Part shown: positions 26,300 through 39,972 of the stretch, piece after piece
Layout: every line of letters begins with the position of its first letter
Position numbering within the stretch: position 1 is the first letter of the stretch
Assembly: GCA_047967505.1 (NCBI GenBank)
Contig: CM106538.1
DNA from: Dipteris shenzhenensis
Taxonomy: Eukaryota
Length of the DNA: 64,000 nucleotides
Direction: 5' to 3' (one strand)
The notes under the pieces: model-generated
What the model saw: the letters and a program-made list of their open reading frames with translations, nothing else
What the model was told of the DNA's origin: nothing
The model's database searches: none
Position numbers and translations under genes: made by a program

Positions 26300-28387
26300 T
26301 TCATCAGTACAAGGATGACATATGACCTAGGTGGTTGGTACAAGGATGACCTATGGTCTTTGTGGCCATGACAACTAGCGGTAGTGATTACACTTATTTG
26401 ATATCAAAGGTGGTCCAAGAGGACCCTTCAACTGAGGAACATAGTAGTGCACATGGAGGATAGAAAGTGATGTTGGATGACATGACTCATTATTTAGGTT
26501 GCACCATCACTTATACCAAAATCTACCCGAGGACAAAGTCACTCGTAGTGTCGCATCAACACCCATAGATCCATGCATTACACACTCCTTGCACCTCACA
26601 CCAGTGGCCTTTGGCATCTACTAACACCTCCAGGAGAGAGTGGACCTTTCCTTAGATAGTTTATGGTGATCATGGTGGGACATCATTGGTGTTGAGTAGC
26701 AAATACTAAAGTGGTATCCTAGGGCCTTGGGGGAGAGAGAGATTATGCCAAGTAGTTTTGATAACCTTGAGGGAGCAAGTGAGAGAACCAAAATGTATTG
26801 AGTGGAGAGAATGCTTCCTATAGACCAAACACAATATACGAAGCATTAAGTGTGACAAAAGTTTGGGAAGTCCTCAATTGAAATACAAAATGAACCCATT
26901 AGAGCAATTGCTAGAGCTGGCAACTTCATCCAAGATCTCATTAACTTGGACCAACAAGATTTGTGGTAGTCATATCCAAGTTGGGACTCTACAAGGGAAG
27001 AAGAATAGTAAAGTGGAGAGCAAATGGAGGAATGATGAGACTTCATCAAAAGCTCATAAAGGTCAAGCTAACATTCCCTCTTCTCTTGCACAACTATCTC
27101 TTCATCAACAACCACTTTGATAGGATGAATGATTGCTTCAATGCTTGAGTCGACACATGATAAACTGGTGAATTTGTTATTTTCTTTGTTAAGCACACCT
27201 CTCAACTGTAGCTTCAAAACCAAATGTGATATTCCTATTAACAACTCAGTATCAACACTTGAGGCCTCACCACCAACCAAGACCACCTTTTTCTCAAAAG
27301 CCCAATATGAGTGCATCATAGGGATGTTTTCCAAGAAGTCATCTCCCACCTCCTTGGTGGACAATGTGCCTAAGAATACATTTCCCTTGTCTTCAACTAT
27401 TAGTGGATTTGAAACAATATCTAAGGTGACATGGCCATCAAGGCCTATCACAAGCTCTAGGAGTGATACCCCTTGAAGTGACAATCTATGGCTTCACATT
27501 ACCAGGTGGTGGTTAAACTATTTCTAGAGATATACAATCAAATTCTGAGGAACACTTCTTGATTTCCTTCCTAAAATCTCAAAACAATGAGCTTTGTAAC
27601 TGGAAAAAGTAGGGTATGGACACAAGGGTAGAGTATGGAAAGGAGAAGCAGGACCTTCCACTCTCCCCATAGGAATCACATCCAACAAAGAGGAGTTCCT
27701 AGTGAGCCATAATACTTCTAAAGATAAGGGGAAGAGGGTGATAAATTACACACTACAGGAGACAATGGCTGGAAATTTAGATTTAGACCCTTACATTTTC
27801 TGAATTGATGTGGATAGCCTCGTATTTCCATGAATTCTTCACCTAGAAAATCAAGTAATCTAAAGAGCAACCAAAGGAGGTTGATTCTTTGGTTATGATT
27901 CCTATCATCAACACACCTGTAGTGGATGAAGAAGTACCAGTTATCACTATTAAAGTCAAGAAGCAAACCATACAAGGTGTGTGATTGTTAATGCTCATTC
28001 AGGATTTAACACTATTACTGAAGATATTGCAAAACAGTTGAAGTTTAAGACATTCAATCCATCTCCATTTTGAGTGTGAATGGTAGATCAACGACCGCTT
28101 GATCCCAAAGGCATGCTATAGGATGTTGTTATTTTTGTAGGAGGCAGTTTTTACACAATTAGTTCTATTGTTATTTCCATGGATCAAAATGCCTATCCTA
28201 TTCCATTAGGCCACAATTGGCTTAAGAGTGCAAAGGCACTATATGATTGGGGATCAGAAGAAATGATCATCAAGACAAAAAGTAAAGATGTGTGCATTCC
28301 CACTAACCCTTAGAAAGTATCAAGCAATTATCAGCCTAAAGATTTGGAAGTTGCAGATCCATTTCCCCAAGATGTGGAGTCATGCTT
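26300..28387 (+). pseudogene. Degenerate Ty3/Gypsy gag-protease remnant
   Basis: ~27935-28270 reads PVITIKVKKQTIQGV..SGFNTITEDIAKQL..RMVDQRPLDPKGML..AYPIPLGHNWLKSAKALYDWG, a retropepsin ending in a (I/L)LGRxWL-like motif; the left boundary is approximate. Confidence 0.55.
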
Positions 28388-31300
28388 ATGTTGTGGGTAG
28401 CTTGTTGGCCAAGGAGATTATACAAAAGTTTATGGATGGCAACAAGCAGGATGGACCCTTAAAATGTGCAAAGGGGCAAATCACAATTCAGGGGGAATTC
28501 TCAAGAAAGAGGGAAGTCTCGTAGCAAATCCAGGGCATGGAACATTGAGTGTTACCACTATGGTAAGAAGGGACACATGAAAAAGGATTGCTACAAGATG
28601 AAAAGAGATCAAAAGGATAAGAAAAAGAATGCAAATTGGGGTGCAAATAAGGAAGAGAGTCCAAGGGAGGACAAAAGAAAAATGAAGATTAAGGAGATCA
28701 ATGCAGTCACTACTAATAATGACAATGACATTCTTTACATATCTAGTCTACCTACAGAGTTGCTTACCACTTCTGATGATGCATATTCCCAAGATTGGAT
28801 TTTGGATTTTGGTGCTTCATTTCATGTTACTCCCCATTGGGAATGGTTCTCCACTTATGACAGTGGAAAGGCAGGTTGTGCACATCTTGGAAATAACTAT
28901 GCATGTGACATGGTGGGAGCAGGTGACATAAAGTTTTCTTTTGCAAATGGGTCTACATTTGCTTTGAAAAATGTGATACATGTGCCTAAGCTAACCAAAA
29001 GTCTTATTTCAGTGGGTTAGCTTGATGACATTGGCTTTCATACCATCTTTGGTTTTCAAAGTTGGAAAATTCAAAAGGACTCTATGCTTTTGGCCAAGGG
29101 TGCCAAGTGTGGGACATTGTATCCCTTACATGTATCAGGGGTTGGGTGTCTGATCATGTTGTTGCCATAACTGAGCAGCCAAGTACTTCCTTGTGGCATT
29201 GTAGGTTTGGCCATATGAGCTCGGATGGAATGAAACTCTTATGTCATTTGGGTTATGTACCGCATTTGAGTTTTTGTGACTTTGAATTTTGTGAGCACTA
29301 TCTCTATGGGAAGAAGACTAAATCAGCCCATAAAAGAAGGGGAAAGAAAGATCTAGAAAGTTGGACTTGTTGCATTCAAATGTATGTGATCCCATGCCTA
29401 CATGGTCATTAGGCAGGGCTGAATACTATGTGGCATTCATTGATGATGTAGCTAGGAAAGTGTGGGCTTATGCTTTTGCTCAGAAGAGTGATGTGTTCCA
29501 AATATTTCAAAAATGGTTGGCTTTGGTTGAAAATCACTCAGGTAGAACGCTTAAATGCCTATGGATTGATAATGGTGGAAAGTATATCTCTCATGACTTT
29601 CAGTATTTTTGTGATACACATGGGATCAAGAGGGAGCTCATGGCCCCTCATACTCCAGAGAAAAATCCAGTTGCAAAAAAGGTGAACTGAACCATTTAGG
29701 AAAGGTTACAATGTATGCTTTCCAATGCTAGTCTTTCTGGTGGTTTTTGGGCTGAGGCAATGAAGAATGCAGTGCATGTGATCACTAAATCACCTAGTAA
29801 GAGTTTGGATGGTGGTATTCCTAAAGTAGCATGGAGTGGCAAGAAGACCCCTTACTCTCATTTGCATATATTTGGGTGTGAGGCATATGCACATGTGCCA
29901 AAAGAGCTTCAAAAGAAGCTAGATCCTATGTCTAGGAAATGCTTCTTTCTGTGTTATGGTGAAAGTGGAGAGATGGGTTATCATCTCTGGGATACAGAAG
30001 CAAAGAAGTTCATATGCAGCCACCATGATGTGGTCTTCAATGAGAAGAAGATGCATAAGACACCCATGAGGGATGTGAAAATGAGGAGAGTCACTTTCCA
30101 GGATGAGAATCCACCTACATATGTTGATAGAGAGCAAGTTTTCCATTCATCACATGTGCAAAAAATGGTGCAACTAGGTACTCCCATAGGTACACAATCA
30201 AGGGCAGATGATTGATCATATATTGGTGGAAATGATGAGCCAAATGTAACTGATTTGCAGGCGAGACAGCAAGCTGAAATTCCCTTGAGAGGATGAGCTA
30301 GAGTGTCTAGACCGCCTGATAGATTTGTTCCAGGCGGTGCTGACTATGCGATGCTTACTAATTGTGGGGAGCCTTCTTGCTATAGAGAGGCTATGATGCA
30401 TGAGGATAAGTGCAAGTGGGACAATTCATATGCAATCAAAGATGAGTTCACTCGTGAAAAATAAAACTTGGGATTTGGTTTCTTTGCCACATGGAAAGAA
30501 AGCATTGCCATGTAAATGGGTCTACAAGATGAAGGTCGCACGTGATGATGTGCCTAAGTACAAGGCCCATTTGGTTGCTAAAGGGTTCAAGCAAGAGAAG
30601 GGTGTGGACTTTGATGAGATCTTCTCTCCGGTATGACCACACTTAGGTGTGTGCTTGGACTTGTGGTAGTAGAGGATATGGAGCTTCTCTAGATGGATGT
30701 CAAGATAGCTTTCTTGCATGGGATCTACATGAGGAAATTTACATGGTGCAGCTGAAAGGCTTTGAAGAAAAGGGCAAAGAGAATTTGGTTTGCAAGCTGA
30801 AAAAGATTTTCTATGGCCTTAAGCAAGTGCCTAGAGAATGGTATCAGAAGTTTGATGCTTTCATTTGGTCCCAGGGTTTCAAAAGGATCACTGCCTCTAC
30901 ACTAAAAAGGCTCAAGACAATAGCCTGCTACTCCTGGCACTTTATGTGGATGATATGCAAAATTGGCTAGCAAGAATACCTATGAGCTGGATGCATTAAA
31001 GGCTAGGTTACATGAGGCCTTTGTTGACATGCAGGATTTGGGACTTGCAAGTCATATTCTTGGTATGCGCATCATGCATGATCGGAGTAGCAAACCCCTC
31101 TTGTTTCATAGAAGGAGTATGCTACAAAAGTATTGCATGTTTTCAATATGGAGGGGGGGAAGGCAATGAGTACTCCTTTGGATTTCATAGAAGGAGTATC
31201 TACAAAAGCATTTCAATATGGAGGGGGAGAAGGCAGTGAGTACTCCATTGCCTCCATATGTGAAATTGAGTCAGATAGATAGTCCCAAATTAAATGAGGA

Positions 31301-32178
31301 GAGGGCCATGATGGCCAAGGTTTCTTATGCATTAGCGGTTGGGAGACTTATGTATGGTATGATAGCTACTAGACCGGACATTTGTGGGTGTTGTTAGCCG
31401 CGGTACATGGCCAATCCAAAAAAGAGACATTGGGAGGTAGTTAAGTGCATCATGAGGTACATGAAGGGTACCAAGGAGATGTGTATTTGCTTTGGTAGAG
31501 GAGAGATGCGTGTACTTGGGTACAAATATTCAGACTATGTACTTGGGTACAAAGATTTAGACTATGTAGGGCATGTGGATAACAAGAGATCCACTTCTGG
31601 TTATGTGTTCACTTTTGTAGGTGGTGCAGTGTCGTGGATGTCTCGTGCACAAAGTGTGCTGCTTTGTCTACCACAGAGGCCGAGTATGTTGCAGCAATAG
31701 AGGCTTGCAAGGAGGCTTTATGGCTTGATCAGCTAGTGGGAGACTTGGGGATTCATACAAGTGTACTGACATTGCATAGTGATTCCATGAGTGCTATTTA
31801 GCTATTTATGCAAGAACACATTAAGGTCAGGTACCATTTCATCCGAGAGGACTTGAGGACAAGTGCATAGAACTTGTCAAGGTTCATATAGATGATAACC
31901 CTAAAGAGATGCTTATGAAGAGTCTACCTAGTCCATAGTTTGAGTATTATTGTGTATTGATGGGCATTGGATAGTATGCTCACTCGTTGTTCTCCCTTAA
32001 AGGCACATTGGCCTTTAAGTGGGAGGTTGTGAGGGTAAATTCCCCTATGCCTAACCCCGATTATGTATACTCAAACTATATATATATGGATATATTGAAG
32101 ATTAGGGTGTTGAAGCACCCACCAAAAAGTATGTCTCTCATGCACCCTCTCCCTCTAAGCTTCCATTGTGCCCTCACA
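28388..32178 (+). mobile_element. 5'-truncated Ty1/Copia element, same family as 17308-23019
   Basis: Internal sequence closely parallels 19482-22850; PPT AAGTGGGAGG; 3' LTR 32028-32178 bounded by the 8-bp inverted repeat TGTGAGGG..CCCTCACA; pol disrupted. Confidence 0.92.
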
Positions 32179-32183
32179 ACAAC

Positions 32184-33290
32184 AAGTATTAGAGCTAGAA
32201 TATAATGCCATCGCCAACTCACAAGAGGAAGCTACAAAAGATAGTCTATTTTACACCTGAGAGCCTTATGACAAAGACATCCTTCTTTAAAAGCTGAATC
32301 TCGGCATGAGATTAAAAAAAAGTTGTAGAAGACTTTGAGTACTTTGTTTTTTGTTTTTAGATCTCTGTCATTTGAGTTTTTAGTGAAAAGTTATAGCTCT
32401 TGCAAAAAGTGATGAAATTTGTTCCGGCACGCATTCTATGTGTTGGATCTCCATATTCAGGCCACCATTTATAGTTCCTACACTCGGTGGATCTAGGTCC
32501 AAAACTTCTATCTATGAAGTTGCTTCCAATTCTATGAACTTTTGAAGTTGGGGTGAAGCTTAGTCTACTCCAACGTCTTCATTTCATCATTTCCTGTGTG
32601 AGTGGGATCTCAAGCTACAGGCAACCATTCGTAGAACCGTCTGTCCCATTGGATTCAAGATAGCCCGAAACCTCCACCTATGAGTTCTTCCGCAATTCTG
32701 TGCAAGATTGAAGCTATTGGGTCTGTCTATGTGAGACAATGTTGTCATTTCTTTCTCTGTGGTTTTTCTCTGCTGCAAGATTTCCAAAGGTTTCCATGAC
32801 CCTTTGGTTGATTGAAATGTGGCATATGTCTTTTCTCATCACTGGTTGAGATCTTGGAGTTGCAACAGAAGAGAAAAGTGTTGAGCTCATCTTGTTGAGT
32901 CCATATATGCATTGACATTTGCATTTGCACAGCAGGCAGTTCAAATTTTGCTTTGGTAAACCGTTTCACATCTGTTGGTTGGGATTTCTGAGTTCCACCA
33001 AAAGAGAGATATTTGCAGATTGTCTTGCTGAGTCTAATTATGCAGTGATACTCTTTGCAGATCACTCTTGTTGTAGTTGGAGCCATGTGTGCTGATTTGT
33101 GGTTTGCATTGGGATACATCAGATGCTTATTGGTCATTTGGATGCATTGCAGTGCTTGTTGGATGTACTAATAGGCCCAAATTTCCTTGTGGGATGCTAT
33201 ATTGATGGACGTTTAGCACACGGGTGCTATTTTATGATGACGGATAGCTTTGACACATTGCAGTTTATGCAGTGGTTATGCTCACATTTC
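32184..33290 (+). mobile_element. Degenerate PBS plus Copia 5' leader remnant directly downstream of the 3' LTR
   Basis: AAGTATTAGAGC (cf. TGGTATCAGAGC) at ~32184; 33002-33260 parallels 18282-18617 (GAGAGATATTTGCA..GCTGAGTC, TGCAGATCACTCT, GGATAGCTTTGACACATTG). Confidence 0.7.
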
Positions 33291-34200
33291 CTTGCCCAAG
33301 GCTTTTTCCTACATTCTTGTTATTACCTTCAAGGGTACCAAGGCAACTTGGCCTTGCTCTATGCTTAATAGATGAAGGCTAGCACTTTTAGGCAGTGCAG
33401 TTGGAATTGCTAGCTGTCTAAGTGGGCAGTCCTTGAACAAATGTTTAACACCACACCCAACACACAAAGTTGCTAGGGCATTTCGGGCCTCTTTTGGGTT
33501 TGGCTTCACTTGGGTGAGTTCCCTATAAGGGCAGTCCTTAGAGAGATGGTTCTCATGACATTTAAAACACTACACGATGGGATTTTTCATCCCCTTGTAA
33601 GGACACTCACTTACCTTATGTGCCCCTGCACACATATAACATTGTATTGGGAGCTTGCCAAGATATTCATGTCCCTATCCCTTTGCAGTATGGGGATTGT
33701 TTGGAATATGGGGACATGCTAGTCATCCTGTAAAAGGTAATGGCTTATAATACTAGGACGTATGCTACCTTCCTCATAGGAAGGGTACTCAGGGAGCCCT
33801 TGATCAGAAACTGTCACTCTGCAACTCTTCCTCTAGAACTTGATTTACAGGTGTTATGCATGGTGGTGGTGGTTGGGGCCTAGGACTATTGGAAGTGGTA
33901 ACTGGATGTTTTACACCCTATATTGGCACTAGTGGGTGGACATTGCACCTAGTGCCACCATTTGAGCTTAATTGGAAGGATTTGTGGGCACAATGAGAGA
34001 TCATTGAGGGTGGGATTGGTATGCACTTTGGGGTACCACTCGTGGGTATGCATTGTGAAGTGTCATGATTGCCCATCTGGCACAGTGGGCATAGTAAAAT
34101 TTAGACTCCAAATGAGAAACGCAACCTACCTTCACTTTGCGCTCCAATGTCTTGGTGTAGTCAACTGTGATTCTCAACATCTCCTCCTCGCTTAATTCTT
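33290..34200 (-). pseudogene. Gypsy-type gag remnant with multiple zinc knuckles
   Basis: Minus strand CPLCQMGNHDTSQC, CYMCAGAHKVSEC and CVGCGVKHLFKDC, followed by ..LKVITR. Confidence 0.6.
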
Positions 34201-37200
34201 AGGGACGTTAGTACATGAAAACCATATGTAACACATGCATTCAAGGGGTATTTATAAAACCCCCTACTTATATGTTTTTTAGGTCTAGATATACCCCTTA
34301 TGTACCCCTTATACATATGTATATTTCCTGTAGCTCCACAAAGTTAAAAACCCCTTGTGCTAAACTCACGTGCTATCTTACATAATTTTGGACCCCTCCT
34401 TGACTCTTAATTTTCCCACCAACTATGTTATAGTTCCACCAACTACTATCGAAATCAGTTTACACGATGCATAATCAATCATACCAAGATTTTCAATAGT
34501 CACTGCAAATTACACTCTCATTTGAGATATCTAACCGACCTGAGCGATCTCGAGCTATGTTCCAAATTTAACAATCATTAATCTGAGTAGTAGCCAATGG
34601 ATGAGAGATTTTTTCGTAAGTTTGAAAACGAGACGAGCTGCTTTCTCTTTTTTGTTCGACTTTTTGTGCTGCTTTAGTTGCAAAATGTCATCTTTAAAGG
34701 GTTGCTCATATGCTCGTTCTATTGCTATATACTATTGCTTGTATTTGAACAGAGACCTACATGGCAATGAGAATACATTAAGTGAAGACTATCTCAATCA
34801 TCAAAATCAACAAGTATATGCTGCTTATAGTCATGCAAATAAAAGTACAAGCATTATGTATACTCTAAATAGAACAAACATAAAGTGATAAACATGAAAT
34901 CTAGAATGTTATAGTGCTAGGATTTGCTTGTCAAACTCGATTAAGGATAGTCATACTTCTAGCAAATTTAGGCCATCTTGTTCTCAAGACAATTAGCCAT
35001 CCACTACTTCCTTCATCCAAGGATTGATGTGAATGTGACCCACGGTGCCACTTGACATACACAATAAGTCTAGTTATTGTATGAGAGTCCACAAAACAAG
35101 GACCTTGACAACGTGTCAGATTTCATTCTATCCATGCTATGCAATCATAAAATTGTCCCATCATGCTCCCATCGCCAAAGACCCTAATCATTACCCTTCC
35201 TCTTTGCATATAGGCAACATTGGACCCTCCCTCTCTCATCCTCTACTGATGGGTCTTACTATCTAATTTTGATATGGGTAGGTCAATCTCTATCCTCTTA
35301 TCTTGATCTCTTGACTCTCAGACTTGCTCTAGGATAGGATCTCTATTATGTACAATGGATCTCCTAGGCTCTGGAGTAGTCTTTTCTGTACATTCCAAAT
35401 CTATTTGTGCCACAAGTTCCTCAGCTATCGAGAGAGAGGAGGAGAAGGTGCCATGCAAGAAAGGGGGGTCCAATCTTGCACCTTATAATATTAAGCTAAA
35501 CTCGCACCTTATAATGGTGTCACCGCTCCAATATGCCATTGCCAAGCTAGGTTAAGGATGGTAGAGTACAACCAAGAACACATTCTCCTCATGTGCTTGC
35601 TTTCCCAACTTTCTTTTGGTTGGCACAATTATTTGTCTTTTGGCACAATTGTTATACATTTGAATTTGTTGTGGTAATTGATGTACGGATCTTCTTCATT
35701 GAGCAACATCAATGCAACTAAGTGAGCTAAATAAGGGGCAAATCATGTCTTATAACAAGGTGAATGACTTTTGTCATTCAAATGGCTTGCCCTATGGGTG
35801 AAATAGCAAGTGTTGCGAGTGGAAGGGAGAAAAAATAGGGAGGCAAAATGGTAACTTGCGATGTGGAACAAGGAATCCCATGCCACAACCAATCAAAAGT
35901 AATTAAAAAACCAAAAAACCAAAAATTCAAGATTTTCCCTTTTGCATTCTTAAGAGGACAATAAGATGAGTCTCTTGCACTATTTGCGCCTTTTCATAGG
36001 ATAGACCTCTCTAAAATTAATTGTATGCAATAGCACACCAACAACACATGCAAGCAAAAACATTTAGCTATGTAAGATCTAGTTGATGAATGGATGATTT
36101 GAATGTGGCTGTGTGAATGTGAATGGTTATACGTGCTATCGTGACAAGGACCGCCACATAGATCTAAGCCGCTAATGCCACGTAGATCTTAGCCCCACCA
36201 CATGTAGGCCATGCGGATGCTTGGTAAATGGACTAGAGGTCTAGAAGGTTGTAATGTCCCTATTTCTTTTGTCTCTCACTCTTTTGATGTACAATCCAAT
36301 GTTCTAGTACATCAGATCTTCCCAGTCACAATTGGCTATGATTGGATTTAGCTCTAATAAGGCAATAATTGATTTCAACAATCGGGTCCTTTTGCAATAG
36401 TAAGATTGTAGTCAAGGTTTGTGAAATTTGCTCTGCACACTACAGAAGAAGTCTACAGGTCCCTCAATGCTTTCATCGATGGCATTTTCACATCAATGGG
36501 ATTAGCACGGCCTAAGTTATGGAAGAGGGAAAGCTCTTGTAAGAAAAGAGATGACTCAGAATGCATGCTTGAAAAATAAAACAAGAAGGAAAACCTCCGA
36601 TAAAGCAAGCTAGAAAAGAGACAGAAGAACTCTATAAATCAAACCTCGAAGATGAGGGTATGGAAGAAATACACAACATCCTGAAGAAATAACAGGGAGG
36701 GCCTGCTTGTGAAGTCGTTGCAAAGAACTTCCCCAAATTCACTCATTTCCATCTCTAACTCCCGCTTGTGGGAGAATTGCAAGAATTTGAAATGGCTATC
36801 AGTTTCTGGCTTGCTTACAGATAGAGCGTTTGAATACAAGTAGGGGAATTGCAAGAATTTGCAATGGCTGTTAGTTTATGGCTTGCTTATAGATAGAGTG
36901 TTTGAATATATTTGTGTGTACGGGAAGAGCTTTCGCTGAAGATAGTGATTTTGGCATGTAGTATGTGAATGAGAAGCTTTGCAAGCTTGAAATCAGATAT
37001 GGTCCCTTTGGAGATGGAGCTCTTTGGTCAAGCTTACACCAATATCCATCAATGTGCTCTCTGTGGAGGTTTGATGGTAATGTTGGTGTTAGTTGCTTGC
37101 AAAGAAGATGCTAAATCTAAATGTTCAAGTAATCAAAGAGAATGAGAAGAGTAATACAAGGGTGGAGAACTAGTACATCTACCGATTAGTTATGCATTCT

Positions 37201-39651
37201 AGATGTGTTGTACTGGCCATCCCTTGGGTACACCTGACTAGAAGTTCTTTCTCATTCTACATATCTCTCTGCAATGAACTTGGTGCTTGCTTAACATTTC
37301 CTTTGTTGTGTCTTGAAAATGAGCTCTTCTTGCTTAATATGATGGTTTATTTAGTAGACTATACTATATTTTTAATCATCCTATGTGGCTGAGCCAAGTA
37401 GGATGTCAGCCCTAATCGATTCTATTTCAAAATGATCTCATTTTTATGATGGATCCTTGGATGTGTCTCAATAACAAGGTTGACATAAACGCAAGATGTA
37501 ATAAATATGGTGAGTTTAGACATTTTGCTGGATCATCTAGGTTGTTATCAACTGTGCTATTTTGGCAAGGGGATCAGTCATTTAAAGCCTACATTAGGTT
37601 TATCTCAACTAATGCATCTAGTGGATGACTTAAAGGCATGCATTGTGGAGATATGTTTTTGCATATCAAAGAGTTTTCACCTAGTTGAGTTAAAGGGACA
37701 TTGAAGGGAGTTGTTGGCCTCTTATAGTGGACACCTCAAAGTGAAAATGCATTTAGTGGGCTTGTTGATGAACATGTGATAAAGTTCTTTTGATTTTGGA
37801 ACAAGTGGGTTTTTTGCCAGCCCCTTGTGAGGGGTTCAAGACAAGGTATCCAAAAGATTGAAACACCTACAAAAAGATGGCAAGAAGGAAGTTTTTTGCT
37901 GATTAAGGCAAGGTGGACATCAGATGGTTCCATGCTATGATGATGTTGAAGGTTTGCAACATTGAGGATCATCACAAGGTTGGAGATTGCACTTTTCTTT
38001 TTCATTTTGCATTATAAATTTGGAGATATGCCCTTATATTCTGTGATACCAGCATGTGGACGTCATGTCACTTGAAAGCTTATGATGGAGTTAAAAGTCT
38101 TTCCAACTTCTAGGTGACTATATGAGATTGACAAATGCTCCTCATTTTTTGTTATATGAGATTAACAAATGTGAGCATTGTGGCTAGGTGTGCCATCCAT
38201 ATACCATTGCTTTAGAGTTTGGTACTTAGCATATGCTCCTCATTTTTGGCTAATGTGAGTACTTTGATTAGGTGCACCATCAGGTCACTTTTGTTGTTTG
38301 ATGAAATGCCATCTGTGTATGGCTCAATATAGGTAGACAGTGCTCTCGATTTGTGAATCCGACATGCTATTTTTTCATCTACGTTGCAAAATAAATGTCG
38401 TGACCCAAAGATGCTGCTTGCTTCATCTACATCAGGTGCACATCCAACCAGAGCCACACAGTTTATGCCTCCCCCCCAAATTGTGGAGCTGGCCATCTTG
38501 CACTTGGACTTGTGCTCCTCTCGCTTGCATTGCTTGCTTATCTCCTCCCTCAGTGCCCTCGACTTGTTCGAGCCCCTTGGTGACCCTATGTAAGTGCATA
38601 GCCACTTCCTCTTCGACTCTCTTGCCTTGAGTTCCTATTGCATCATCAATTTCCATGTTAGGTCCTGTGCAGTAATGCCCGCTTCCCAATCTTTGTAGAC
38701 AACTTTGCAACAACATATACAAAATCCTATAAGCCCATAACGGCGTTAAGGAAAAGCTCTGATAATGTTCAAAGATACATAATAGAAACGCTCTTGGGAA
38801 TTCACAGCAGGGGAAATTAGAACACTGAAGGCTTGCATTAGGGGAGAAATGGGGTCTCAAAAGGGCCTCCATTTAGTGTTTCCTAATTTTAAGGGATTAG
38901 AGAGGGATTTGAGGTATACCAATGAGAGTACTCCTTTGTGTGGGGCGATGGTATGTTCATTTGGAGGGATGGCAGGAATATAGAGAGCCCTTATTGGATA
39001 TTCCTCTTACATTGGGGACCACCCAGACCATCCTCTCTCCCTTAACCCATGCTTGACCACCCTCCCATGTCCACCACCCCAAATCAGCCCCAAATCTCAT
39101 TTAAGGCTTTGTGGGCCCTTGTGGTCGAATTTCTCTTATCCTTGGGAGTAATGCAGGTTTGCCCCCTCTTTATCTGCTCCACTTCTCTGGTCCAAGTGCC
39201 CTCTCCCTCCATTGTGGGACGTTCTGGACAAATTTCTTTTGTCCTCTAGCCTATTATAGGCCTATCCCCACTCTCTCTTCTCCTCTGCCCTGGCCCGACT
39301 GTTCTCTCCCTCCATTTTTCAAAATTTGGGTTGCAGCACCTCCTACAACTGGTCTTTTCTCTCCTGCTCTTCCCACTATTTCAGTGCCTCCTCCTGCTCT
39401 ATCCCCTCATGCTCTACCTCTGCCTTCTCTTTTCTCTCTTGATCTACCCTCTCTTGCTTGCTCTATGCCCTCTTGCTCAGCTCTCCCCTATAGGTGGTCT
39501 TTCCCCACAAATAGTTGCTTTGTCCCCTCTTACTTTTCCTTCTGCTACAACAACTCTTTGCCCTCCTACTGGCACTTTTTCCCTCTGGCTTTTCCCTCTC
39601 ACATAGGATACAACTGCTCTTTCCCCTCCTAGAGCTATTGTTTTCCCAACA

Positions 39652-39972
39652 GGCATGGTCTAGAACAAAGTGACAAAAGATGGCAATGTTGGGAGCTCTA
39701 GTGTGTTCTAGAGGCATGGTCAGGAAGAAAGTGACACAAGTTGGCAATATTGTGAGATCCAATGTGTTGTAGAGGCATGGTCAGGAACAAATTGACCAAA
39801 GCTGGCTATATTGTGAGCTCTAGTGTGTTCTGGAGGCATAGTCAGGGAGAAAGTGACACAAGCTGGCAATATTGTGAGCTTAAGAAAGCTGGCAATATTC
39901 TGAGCTCTAGTGTGTTCTAGAGACATGGTCAGGAAGAAAGTGATAGAAGTTAACAATATTGTGTGTTCTAGA
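39652..39972. repeat. ~61-bp tandem repeat, ~5 copies
   Basis: GGCATGGTCAGGAAGAAAGTGACACAAGCTGGCAATATTGTGAGCTCTAGTGTGTTCTAGA-like unit. Confidence 0.88.

Noticed and set aside
36250-37940. Possible Gypsy LTR starting TGTAATGTCCC
   Set aside because: No matching terminus, partner LTR or convincing PBS could be verified
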